Origin: Gynuella sp.
GTDB lineage: Bacteria > Pseudomonadota > Gammaproteobacteria > Pseudomonadales > Natronospirillaceae
Length of the DNA: 64,000 bases
Assembly: GCA_028282465.1 (NCBI GenBank)
Contig: JANQHX010000007.1
Location: forward strand, 1 to 64,000
Direction of reading: 5' to 3'
The notes beneath the pieces are model-generated. The model did no database searches and was not told the origin of the DNA. It saw only the letters and a list, made by a program, of their open reading frames with translations. Below are positions 8,338 to 16,830 of the stretch, piece by piece. A program made the position numbers and the translations under genes. Numbering within the stretch: position 1 is the first letter of the stretch; each line of letters starts with the position of its first letter.

Positions 8338-10299
8338 TTAACCGTTGAACTGCTCTGGGTTTTTGTTTTCTTTTGCACCCAACGTCATCAGTTTTTCAAT
8401 CACCTGTTGAATTGCTGGACTTTTCCCAATTAAACCTTCAACGGCATTCCCCAGGCCCAAGCCTTGAGCCAGTTTGTTAAAGTAATCTCCTTGGCCACCT
8501 ACAATATCAATGTTGGCATTTTCAAAGGCTGCAGCCAGTACTTCTGCTTGATCTTTCGCAATGGATTTATTGGCATCAATACTCGCCATCACTTCTTGAA
8601 TTGCCGCTTCTAGGTTCATACGGAACTCTTCGAATTCACGAGCCTGTGGACTCATATTGCTCATGGCAGCAAATTTGTCGATCAAGCCCTGAGCTTCAGA
8701 TGATGCTTTCTGGCGGATAACCTCAGCAGAGGCCAGACCTTTTTCTTTCTCTGCTTTGGCAATTGCAAGCCCCATCTCTTCTTCACCACGGGCTTCTGCG
8801 GTAAGTAACTCTTCACGTACTTTTGCTTCAACCAGCCCTTTTTTCTCATCGGCAGCGGCCTGCGCTTCGGTGACTCTGGCCTCTACTAGGCCCTCTTTTT
8901 CAGTAGCATCGGCTTTGGCTTCCATCACTCGTGCCTGTGCCAAACCTGAAGCCGCCTCCTCAGCTTGCATACCTTCAGCTTTCTTCTTGCGAGATTCCGC
9001 GTCTTTCGCAGCAGCTTCTAGTTCAGCTTGAGCGATTAAGTTAATTTCTTTCGCTTTGTGGATGGCTTTCTGCTCATCTGCTTCTGCGGCCTTCACCTCT
9101 TTGACCATTTCTTCTTGAGCAACTGCTTCAGCATCTAGAATACGAACCTGCTTTTGGCGGTCAGCTTCTGACACTTCTCTCACCTCTTTAATACGCTCTT
9201 CTTCTTCAGCAACCTTCTTCTCAACTGCTATGCGTTCTGAAATAGTGCTGGCAATAATTTTACGCTCTTCTTCCAGTGCTTTTTCTTTATTGATCCGTTC
9301 TAGTTCAACTTCACGCTCTCGGTTTACCGCTTCTAATTGCTGGGCACGAACCACTTTCTCTTCTTCAACTGCAATGGCACGTTCGCGGTTTTTACTGGCG
9401 ATTTCAACTTGCCGCTGTTTGTTTTCTTCTCGAATAGCGACTTGCTCTTCGGTTTCAATGCGAGCCTGTTCTGCCTTTAAGCGCTCTTCTTCAACAACCT
9501 TTTTAGTCTCGGCTTCTTCCCGAGCACGCAGGGTATCGACTTCTCTTTGTTGTCTGGCTTCAGCATCTGCTTCCTGACGCTCTAGAGATAGCAAAGCCTC
9601 TCTGGCTTCAACATTTTTCTTGGTGATTGCCAACTCTTCATCTTTTTCAAGACGGTTGGTTTCTACATTTTGAGTAGCCGTTAATTCGGTGATACGACGA
9701 ATACCTTCGGCATCTTGAATATTATTTGGGTCTAACTGAGTTTTAGGAGTTTGCTCTAAATAGTCGATCGCTACATCTTCTAAAACATAGCCATTTAAAT
9801 CATTACCAATGACTTCAACAATTTTTTCACGGAATTGAATACGGTTTTCAAACAAGTCTAAGAAAGACATGTTTTTACCTACGGTTTTTAACGCTTCAGA
9901 GAATTTAGCGTTGAACAATAAGTTTACCGCCTCTTTGTCTGATGCACGTTCAACCCCAATGGCTTTTGCTACTTTTAATACGTCATCGGAGGTTTCATTT
10001 ACTCGCAAATAGAATGCAACGGTAATGTCTGCTCGAAGGTTGTCTTTACAGATTAATCCATCTTGACCCCGTCGATCTAATTCAAGAGTGATCAAAGAGA
10101 TCTTCATTACTTCTTTTCTGTGCACAATAGGTATTACCATTGAACCAGTGAAGCTCACCTTGGGCTTGCTCGCTGTAGTATTCACGATCAGGGCATGGCC
10201 CTGATCTATTTTTTTATAAAAAGCAGCATAAGAAAAAACCAACGCTACTACGGCAAACACAATTATCCCGATAACTGAGGTAAAAAACTCGGCACCCAT
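8338..10299 (-). CDS. yqiK: Flotillin-like SPFH/Band-7 protein (YqiK family)
   Basis: The 653-aa product has an N-terminal TM helix and an SPFH domain ('...SLITLELDRRGQDGLICKDNLRADITVAFYLRV...'). These are followed by a very long E/A/K/R-rich coiled coil ('EAEARQQREVDTLRAREEAETKK...'), typical of bacterial flotillins. It is paired with a YqiJ-like gene immediately upstream, as in E. coli yqiJK. Confidence 0.85.
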   Translation of the reverse strand: MGAEFFTSVIGIIVFAVVALVFSYAAFYKKIDQGHALIVNTTASKPKVSFTGSMVIPIVHRKEVMKISLITLELDRRGQDGLICKDNLRADITVAFYLRVNETSDDVLKVAKAIGVERASDKEAVNLLFNAKFSEALKTVGKNMSFLDLFENRIQFREKIVEVIGNDLNGYVLEDVAIDYLEQTPKTQLDPNNIQDAEGIRRITELTATQNVETNRLEKDEELAITKKNVEAREALLSLERQEADAEARQQREVDTLRAREEAETKKVVEEERLKAEQARIETEEQVAIREENKQRQVEIASKNRERAIAVEEEKVVRAQQLEAVNREREVELERINKEKALEEERKIIASTISERIAVEKKVAEEEERIKEVREVSEADRQKQVRILDAEAVAQEEMVKEVKAAEADEQKAIHKAKEINLIAQAELEAAAKDAESRKKKAEGMQAEEAASGLAQARVMEAKADATEKEGLVEARVTEAQAAADEKKGLVEAKVREELLTAEARGEEEMGLAIAKAEKEKGLASAEVIRQKASSEAQGLIDKFAAMSNMSPQAREFEEFRMNLEAAIQEVMASIDANKSIAKDQAEVLAAAFENANIDIVGGQGDYFNKLAQGLGLGNAVEGLIGKSPAIQQVIEKLMTLGAKENKNPEQFNG

Positions 10300-10333
10300 A
10301 ATTTATCTCTCCATATTTCTTATAGTCGAATAT

Positions 10334-10987
10334 CTATTTCAATTGCTGTTTAAAATCTTCTTCTGATACCACCTGATAAATTTCTTCAGCATCAGACAGC
10401 TTCTCGATAATGACCACTTGGTCATTTGTTTTAAAATTTTTGTTTGAGCGTATCTGTATAATTAAACTTGCGCCTTGTGCCTGCACATCCCCTTCGCCAA
10501 AGTGTTCATCAACTCTACTACTTCGAACACGACAGGTTTTACCCACTAATTCTTTCTTAGGAGCAGGAGCATAAGCGTTTCTAAAAAATTTCTTTAAAGG
10601 TCTGATCACAAACGATGTCACGGGCATCGCTATCGCAACACTACCAACCAGAATGGCTGCACCAATTGGCCATTTGAGCACACTATCCATCAATCCAAAT
10701 GGCATTAACCAAACACAGGTATAAGAGATCACCCATGAGGTTAAACTTAGTATCGTAAGAACAAACATAATGGGTACACCAGTAAAACCCATGGTGGAAA
10801 TAAAGCTGGTAAAACCACCGACCTCGCTAGCATCTACATCAACATCAACATCAATATCAGCATCAAAATCAAACACACCGAGCATTGAAATCAATGACAA
10901 ACAGATTGTCACCCCCAACATAATGCTGAACACCACGGTGGGAAATGACAATACGATCGCCAAATAAGCTTCTGTTGAATTTTCCAA
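10334..10987 (-). CDS. yqiJ: YqiJ-like inner-membrane protein (DUF1449, NfeD-like OB-fold partner of flotillin)
   Basis: The 217-aa product has several TM helices, an acidic 'DFDADIDVDVDVDASEVGG' stretch as in YqiJ, and a C-terminal soluble beta-rich (OB-like) segment. It ends 35 nt before the flotillin start. Confidence 0.7.
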   Translation of the reverse strand: MENSTEAYLAIVLSFPTVVFSIMLGVTICLSLISMLGVFDFDADIDVDVDVDASEVGGFTSFISTMGFTGVPIMFVLTILSLTSWVISYTCVWLMPFGLMDSVLKWPIGAAILVGSVAIAMPVTSFVIRPLKKFFRNAYAPAPKKELVGKTCRVRSSRVDEHFGEGDVQAQGASLIIQIRSNKNFKTNDQVVIIEKLSDAEEIYQVVSEEDFKQQLK

Positions 10988-10990
10988 AAC

Positions 10991-11314
10991 TTACTCTCCT
11001 TGTTGCTCTTTAGCCCACTCAATCAATGCTTCAGCAGCTTTCTCTTTAATAGCTAATTTGTCATCTGGGTCTAGCCCATACTCGTCAGCCAACAGCTCAT
11101 AGTCTCTTAAAGACAAGCTAATGGTGAGCCTTGGGCGCACTGGTTTTTTGACAGGCAACCCAAGAATAGCTCGCATCTGATCCGAAGGTGTTCTGTCTTC
11201 GTCCAATGCCGCTTGCTTAATTTGTTTCTGTGCTTCTGAAGAAATGTCAAATGCAACCTGAGTTGCCTTAATCGCTTTTCGCTCTTCAGGCCACAGCTGT
11301 TTTTTATCAACCAT
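10991..11314 (-). CDS. Hypothetical 107-aa soluble protein inside the PspA-flotillin cluster
   Basis: It is a clean ORF tightly packed between the TerB-like and YqiJ-like genes, with a 4-nt gap to yqiJ. I recognise no family. Confidence 0.5.
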   Translation of the reverse strand: MVDKKQLWPEERKAIKATQVAFDISSEAQKQIKQAALDEDRTPSDQMRAILGLPVKKPVRPRLTISLSLRDYELLADEYGLDPDDKLAIKEKAAEALIEWAKEQQGE

Positions 11315-11323
11315 TAATTAATT

Positions 11324-11566
11324 TTAAATTTCACTCAACTGCTTTGTTAACTGACTAACTTTTTCACCCAATTCACCTTGAAGCTCATCTGCCGAAAGCC
11401 GAGAGATTATATTTTCCAGTACTCGTTTTTCATTGGCATCTATCTCACCATCCCTTAGGGCAATGGCTATAAGCTCGTCTAGTTCTGAAACGTCCAACTT
11501 CCCGTCATCGCTAAATACGTTGATAGAACGAAACGTCAGTTCTAAATAGTCTCTTGATTCAGTCAT
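11324..11566 (-). CDS. Small (80 aa) TerB-like/DjlA-N-like protein, paralog 2
   Basis: It is a paralog of 2633..2875 along its full length. Its start codon overlaps the stop of the upstream PspA-like gene (TAATG), which suggests translational coupling. Confidence 0.55.
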   Translation of the reverse strand: MTESRDYLELTFRSINVFSDDGKLDVSELDELIAIALRDGEIDANEKRVLENIISRLSADELQGELGEKVSQLTKQLSEI

Positions 11567-12264
11567 TACTCGGCATCCTTTGCTTGTTGTTTAATTCTCT
11601 CCAACACAGACCCCGCAGAATGGGAATCAACTTTAATACCCGCTTCTTTGAGCTGCGTATCCAGATCCGCTTTTTTCAGGCTCGCATCCACCTCTTTTTT
11701 TGCTTCTTGCAGGTCGTCGTGTTGCTGCTGTTTTTCTTTAATGCGCTCTAGTGATTCTCTGGCGCTACTCAATGCTGATTGCTGACTATTGATTTCACTG
11801 GTTACCTGCGCGGTAGCTTTTTGCACACTGGCGGTAGTGGAGACCATATCCAGTTCCCGTTGATATTCAGCAATATTCTTTTCTGCCGTTTCAATCTGAT
11901 TTTTTAAGCGATTGGCTTGATCTGTATACTGGTTCACTACAGAAGTTTTTTGGCCCAGTTGAACCTCGAGATCACCGACTTTTGCAGCGACTTCTAACGC
12001 AAGCGCTTCATTATTTTGCTCAACAGCACTCAATGCATGAGTTTCATATTCGATTTTTTGTTTGTTTAATTCATTTACATTTCTTTCTTCTGCCATTCGT
12101 TTAGCAACAACTTGCGCCAACGATCCCTTGGCATCTTCCAATTGTGATTTGGCATCAATGATTTCTTGTTCGGTTATTCTGAGCGCTTGGCTATCGACTA
12201 CAGCCTCGCCTAACTCTCTGGCGCTGCCACGGATCATAGTGATCAGCTTTTGCAAAACATTCAC
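11566..12264 (-). CDS. yjfJ: PspA/IM30-family protein (YjfJ-like, ESCRT-III superfamily)
   Basis: It is 232 aa, the same length as E. coli YjfJ, and entirely helical coiled-coil sequence ('...LRITEQEIIDAKSQLEDAKGSLAQVVAKRMAEERNVNELNKQKIEYE...'). It lies immediately downstream of a DUF2170/YjfI homolog, as in the E. coli yjfIJ pair. Confidence 0.8.
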   Translation of the reverse strand: MNVLQKLITMIRGSARELGEAVVDSQALRITEQEIIDAKSQLEDAKGSLAQVVAKRMAEERNVNELNKQKIEYETHALSAVEQNNEALALEVAAKVGDLEVQLGQKTSVVNQYTDQANRLKNQIETAEKNIAEYQRELDMVSTTASVQKATAQVTSEINSQQSALSSARESLERIKEKQQQHDDLQEAKKEVDASLKKADLDTQLKEAGIKVDSHSAGSVLERIKQQAKDAE

Positions 12265-12283
12265 AGGTATTACCTCCTAATCA

Positions 12284-12739
12284 TTATTTTAAAAATGGCT
12301 CTATGGCTTCTAATGCGTCCATGGCGTTACTAGCCAAGGTGACTAACTCATGATGAAAAACTTCTTTTTTTGAATGTCTTGCAAGTGCGCCAAACACCAC
12401 ATAATAGTCTGAGACTAGCGCAAAAGAGCTCAACGGCATTGGAATATTGAGATCTAGTAAGTAACGGTTTAACTCCACTTCCTTTTCCAGTTTTATTTCA
12501 TCTTTTTTAAATAAATAAGCGATACAAATGATCTGAGTATTTGTGACAGTGACAAACAATGGCAGCGCGTCCAGCTCAGACACCTCGACTCTCAACACTG
12601 GCTGTTCGCCATTAATTGGCAGGCAGTTAAAGGTATGCCCCTTATATTTTGCCTCCGCCAAACTAAGTGTTAGCTCTTGCATTAACTCCATATGCACCTC
12701 GGTTTTGACATAATATGTCCATACTAGATGTGCCGACAT
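12284..12739 (-). CDS. yjfI: DUF2170 protein (YjfI-like)
   Basis: '...MPLSSFALVSDYYVVFGALA...LASNAMDALEAIE' matches E. coli YjfI ('MPLSSVGISSVQQEEYYIVFGALS...LVDNALDLAEI'). The true start may be the internal Met ('MELMQELTL...') rather than 12739. Confidence 0.75.
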   Translation of the reverse strand: MSAHLVWTYYVKTEVHMELMQELTLSLAEAKYKGHTFNCLPINGEQPVLRVEVSELDALPLFVTVTNTQIICIAYLFKKDEIKLEKEVELNRYLLDLNIPMPLSSFALVSDYYVVFGALARHSKKEVFHHELVTLASNAMDALEAIEPFLK

Positions 12740-13123
12740 AATATGTCAACAGCTTCATAAAAATTTAATACTAATGATGACCACAATGCGGCAAAGTAAA
12801 TCAAAAGGCCTCTCCGCAAGTTGATTAGAATCGAGCTGATAAAGGTAAAAAATTTCGAAAAATGAAGTTTAGTAGCTATTTGTGAAAAGCAAGGAATTTG
12901 AGGATGTTAAGAACAAGTGGTCTGTGAATGGCTCTTCCAATCATCAGCTTTCAAATGATTTTTACACCTTGAGTGAATCAAGTTATAGCAATGGCTGCCA
13001 GTTAAGCATTGATATTGAAAAAGTGAACTATGGAACCTTAGATTACAACTATGGCAAGGGCGGAGAAGCCAGAGGTATACAAAGAACCACCCTTAACCTA
13101 GAACTTGAGCCCAGGTTGTAAGA

Positions 13124-15262
13124 CTATTTTGGATTTTTAGGCAAGCCAGTGTGCTGAGTCCGCGCATGTTGAAACTTTCTGCGTGCGCCGCTCTTCATTT
13201 TTCTTTCCCGTTGATATTTTTCTTGCTCTCTTCGAGTTTCAGCCGGCACCAAACATTTTTTACCCCGGCCAATCAAATCTTCACGCCCCATTTTTCTCAA
13301 TGCGGCGCGTAGCATCGACCAATTATCAGGGTCGTGATACCTCAAAAAAGCTTTATGCAAGCGACGTTGATCTTTGGTTTTAGCACTAAACACCAACTCA
13401 CTGCCCTTTCGTTTAATAGGCCTCAAAGGATTACGTTCGGTGTAATACATTGTGGAGGCCGTCGCCATGGGAGATGGGTAGAAGTTTTGCACCTGATCTA
13501 CCCGGAAACCATTGCCTTTTAACCATAGCGCTAAATTCATCATGTCTTCATCAGTGGAGCCTGGGTGTGCAGAAATAAAATATGGAATCAAATACTGCTC
13601 TTTCCCAGCTTCTTTGGAAAACTGTTCAAACATTTTTTTGAAAGCGTCGTAGGTGCCCATACCCGGCTTCATCATTTTAGTGAGTGGACCATCTTCAGAA
13701 TGCTCTGGGGCAATTTTTAAATACCCTCCCACATGATGCGTCACAAGTTCTTTCACATATTCTGGGTCTTCAACCGCAAGGTCGTACCGTAAGCCAGAGG
13801 CGATAGCGATTTTTTTAATGCCGGGAATTTCACGGGCTTTTCTATAAAGCTGAGTAGTTGGGCTGTGGTCGGTATTTAAGTTCGAACAAATTGTGGGATA
13901 AACACAGCTAAGCCTGCGACAGCTCTCTTCAATTTCTTTGCTCTTACAATTCAATCGGTACATGTTGGCGGTTGGGCCACCTAGATCCGAAATCTGCCCA
14001 ACAAAACCAGGGGTTTTATCACGAATTTGCTCTAACTCATTCAAAATACTTTCTTCAGAGCGGCTTTGAATAATGCGCCCTTCATGTTCCGTGATAGAAC
14101 AAAATGTGCAGCCACCGAAACAACCTCGCATGATATTTACTGAGGTTTTAATCATGTCATAAGCTGGAATTTTAGCGTCGCCATAAACCGGATGAGGAAC
14201 CCTTTGGTAGGGCATTTCAAATACCCAATCCAACTCTTCTGTTGTCAAAGGTATGGGAGGTTGATTCAGCCAGATATCATTTCGCCCATGACGCTGAACT
14301 AAACACCTAGCGTTACCAGGGTTGGTTTCTTTATGAAATATTCGGTCGGTATGGGCATACAGAAGAGTGTCTTTTTTAACGTCTTCGTAAGATGGTAATC
14401 GAATAAAAGAACCTTCAGGATCAGTTTGCACCGCCGCTGGGTCAGGTAAAATCGTTACCGCCTCCGCGCCAGAAAAATCTGCTTCTTTTTCCTGCTTTTC
14501 TTCTTCCATGGCATAAGGGTTTTTCTTCACCATGGGCTTACCGGGTTGGTCTATTCGCGTCGAGTCGATTTCTTCCCAGTTTTCCGGTAACTGTTTTCTA
14601 AGGAATGCCGTGCCACGAATATCTTGAATATCTTTTATCTTCTCGCCATTCGCAATTCGATGAGAGATTTCCACCAATGCTCTTTCAGCGTTTCCAAATA
14701 ATAGAATGTCTGCCGTGCTGTCTAATAAGACCGAGCGACGAATAGATTCACTCCAGTAGTCATAATGAGCCAGCCTTCTGAGACTAGCTTCAATGCCACC
14801 AATTATAACCGGCACATCATTGAAAGCTTCTTTGCATTTTTGGGTATAAACCGTTACTGCTCTGTCAGGGCGTTTACCGGCAACATCACCTGGAGTATAG
14901 GCATCGTCATTGCGATACCTTTTGTCGGCAGTGTAACGGTTGATCATAGAATCCATATTGCCGGCTGTGACACCAAAATACAGATTCGGCTTACCTAACA
15001 CTTTGAAATTATCGGCGCTTTGCCATTCAGGCTGCGCAATGATGCCAACTCGGAATCCCTGAGCTTCCAAGGTTCTGCCAATAACCGCCATACCAAAACT
15101 AGGGTGATCCACATAGGCATCGCCAGTCACCAGAATAATGTCGCAGCTATCCCAACCAAGCTGATCCATTTCTTCTCGACTCATTGGCAAGAACGGCGCA
15201 GTGCCAAAGCACTCTGCCCAGTATTTGCGGTAGTCGTAAATGGCTTTTGGTTGGGTTGTCAT
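13124..15262 (-). CDS. ygiQ: YgiQ-family radical SAM protein (UPF0313)
   Basis: The 712-aa product starts '[57 protein letters not shown]', which is colinear with E. coli YgiQ. The radical-SAM Cys cluster is '[13 protein letters not shown]'. The C-terminal tail is basic. Confidence 0.9.
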   Translation of the reverse strand: MTTQPKAIYDYRKYWAECFGTAPFLPMSREEMDQLGWDSCDIILVTGDAYVDHPSFGMAVIGRTLEAQGFRVGIIAQPEWQSADNFKVLGKPNLYFGVTAGNMDSMINRYTADKRYRNDDAYTPGDVAGKRPDRAVTVYTQKCKEAFNDVPVIIGGIEASLRRLAHYDYWSESIRRSVLLDSTADILLFGNAERALVEISHRIANGEKIKDIQDIRGTAFLRKQLPENWEEIDSTRIDQPGKPMVKKNPYAMEEEKQEKEADFSGAEAVTILPDPAAVQTDPEGSFIRLPSYEDVKKDTLLYAHTDRIFHKETNPGNARCLVQRHGRNDIWLNQPPIPLTTEELDWVFEMPYQRVPHPVYGDAKIPAYDMIKTSVNIMRGCFGGCTFCSITEHEGRIIQSRSEESILNELEQIRDKTPGFVGQISDLGGPTANMYRLNCKSKEIEESCRRLSCVYPTICSNLNTDHSPTTQLYRKAREIPGIKKIAIASGLRYDLAVEDPEYVKELVTHHVGGYLKIAPEHSEDGPLTKMMKPGMGTYDAFKKMFEQFSKEAGKEQYLIPYFISAHPGSTDEDMMNLALWLKGNGFRVDQVQNFYPSPMATASTMYYTERNPLRPIKRKGSELVFSAKTKDQRRLHKAFLRYHDPDNWSMLRAALRKMGREDLIGRGKKCLVPAETRREQEKYQRERKMKSGARRKFQHARTQHTGLPKNPK

Positions 15263-15413
15263 GGCTGGTCTATCTATTTCTATTTTTAAAAGGTTGAGTA
15301 TTTTAGTCGGAATAAATTCGGAATGCTAAAGCAATTCGCTCGAATTTGTTGCCACAAGTAACGTAAACTCCCCGTCTATTCAAAACAAAAACCACACTAA
15401 GGGAATTGATACT

Positions 15414-15830
15414 ATGTTTGCTATCCTATTTTTTCTGCACATGGTCGGCTTAGGCATGGGAATGGCCGCAAATCTTGCCAGCCCCATTTTGTCCGCCAAT
15501 ATGACCAGCATAGAAGAAGGGGGCCGTATTAAAATTGTGCGAACTTTTTCGATAATGGGAGCTATTGGCTTAGCTTTATTATTAATAAGTGGCATGACAA
15601 TGATAGCCCTTACTGGCCCAGGATTAATAACCGCTGGTGGCTTATGGTTTAAGATTAAAATTCTGCTAGTGGGGCTAATGATTGTGTTACTTGGTATTTC
15701 ACAGATGAATCTCGCTAAGGCTAGAAAAACCAATGATTTGGTTCATTTAGCTAAGAATAAACTGATAGGAAAGCTTTCGTTGGCAACATTATTATTGATA
15801 ATCCTGATGGCATCTTTTGCTTATCACTAA
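15414..15830 (+). CDS. Small polytopic membrane protein (hypothetical)
   Basis: The 138-aa product has 4 hydrophobic helices and a Shine-Dalgarno-like AAGGGA 9 nt upstream. The overlapping minus-strand ORF 15380..15733 has no comparable features. Confidence 0.55.
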   Translation: MFAILFFLHMVGLGMGMAANLASPILSANMTSIEEGGRIKIVRTFSIMGAIGLALLLISGMTMIALTGPGLITAGGLWFKIKILLVGLMIVLLGISQMNLAKARKTNDLVHLAKNKLIGKLSLATLLLIILMASFAYH

Positions 15831-15860
15831 ATTCCAGTGAGACTTTTTGGGAGGTAGCTA

Positions 15861-16397
15861 ATGGCCTTAAAAGCCACTGTATTTAAATGCCATCTACAGG
15901 TTGCTGATATAGAGCGACACTACTACCACGACCATCATCTAACCATTGCACGCCACCCATCTGAAAATGATGCCAGGATGATGGTTCGTATCCTGGCATT
16001 CACTTTGAACGCCTCTGAATCACTGACATTTACTAAAGGCTTAAGTACTGACCATGAACCCGATTTATGGCAAAAAGATCTGACCGATCGCATCGAGAAA
16101 TGGATTGAAGTGGGCTTGCCCTCTCTGGACCGTCTAAAGAAAATTGCCCATAAAGCAGACCAAGTTTTTATTTACGCTTATGGCGCTCGAACGGCTCCTG
16201 AATGGTGGAAAGATGTGGGCACTCATTTGAGTCGTTACCCTAATTTGAAAATCTTTTTAATTGGCGATGGTAAAGAGGAAGAGCTGACTCAGCTTGTAGA
16301 TCGCTCTATGAAGTTGCAGGTGAATATTCAGGATGAGGACATTTGGATTGGAAATGGCGAAACGGAAATATTGGTTTCGATACAAACCTTACTATAA
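15861..16397 (+). CDS. yaeQ: YaeQ-family protein
   Basis: 'MALKATVFKCHLQVADIERHYYHDHHLTIARHPSENDARMMVRILAF' is colinear with E. coli YaeQ ('[36 protein letters not shown]...'). A GGAGG Shine-Dalgarno lies upstream. Confidence 0.85.
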   Translation: MALKATVFKCHLQVADIERHYYHDHHLTIARHPSENDARMMVRILAFTLNASESLTFTKGLSTDHEPDLWQKDLTDRIEKWIEVGLPSLDRLKKIAHKADQVFIYAYGARTAPEWWKDVGTHLSRYPNLKIFLIGDGKEEELTQLVDRSMKLQVNIQDEDIWIGNGETEILVSIQTLL

Positions 16398-16405
16398 AAA
16401 TCTAT

Positions 16406-16765
16406 CTAAATAACATGCAACGCAACCGCAATAAAAGCGGGTAAACCTTGAATCCAGAACAGCTTGAAACCAACGGTAATAGCGCCAAACACACCAGCCA
16501 AGGCAACACAAAACATAAAGAATAGATTAATACTGGTGGCAAATACGGGGTCTCCAATCACAAGCGACCAGACTAAGCCCGCCACTAAAAACAAGTTATA
16601 GATGCCCTGATTTGCGGCGAGCATTTTTGTTTTTTCAGCAAAATCTTTTTTTAAGCCAAATACTTTTCGAACCATTGGCTGGGTCCAGAGTACGGATTCC
16701 ATTAAGAAAAAAATGAAGTGTTGTATTGCTATAAAAACAGTGAGAATGACGAGAGGCAGTGTCAT
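16406..16765 (-). CDS. DUF1304-like small membrane protein
   Basis: The 119-aa product has 4 TM helices. The family call is by recollection only. Confidence 0.5.
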   Translation of the reverse strand: MTLPLVILTVFIAIQHFIFFLMESVLWTQPMVRKVFGLKKDFAEKTKMLAANQGIYNLFLVAGLVWSLVIGDPVFATSINLFFMFCVALAGVFGAITVGFKLFWIQGLPAFIAVALHVI

Positions 16766-16830
16766 GTTCAGTACTTCAAAATCTGAGCGAGTTGTTCTAT
16801 TTTACCGGCTTAAAGATGTTGGGCAAGGGG

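Noticed and set aside
8756-9577. Antisense ORFs (8756..9031 and 9230..9577, plus strand) rich in Ser/Ala/Arg
   Set aside because: They are mirror frames of the GAA/GCN/AAR-rich coiled-coil coding region of the flotillin gene. Their composition is low-complexity, and they have no start context or RBS.
12882-13121. 79-aa GTG-initiated ORF in the 384-nt gap between ygiQ and the yjfI-like gene
   Set aside because: It has no Shine-Dalgarno, an unusual start codon and Asn/Ser/Tyr-rich low-complexity content. More likely this is the promoter or leader region of the downstream minus-strand operon. I could not identify a convincing sigma-54 -24/-12 element there either.
15380-15733. 117-aa minus-strand ORF overlapping the plus-strand membrane-protein gene
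   Set aside because: The plus-strand frame has a good RBS and a coherent 4-TM profile. The minus-strand frame is a proline-rich mirror.
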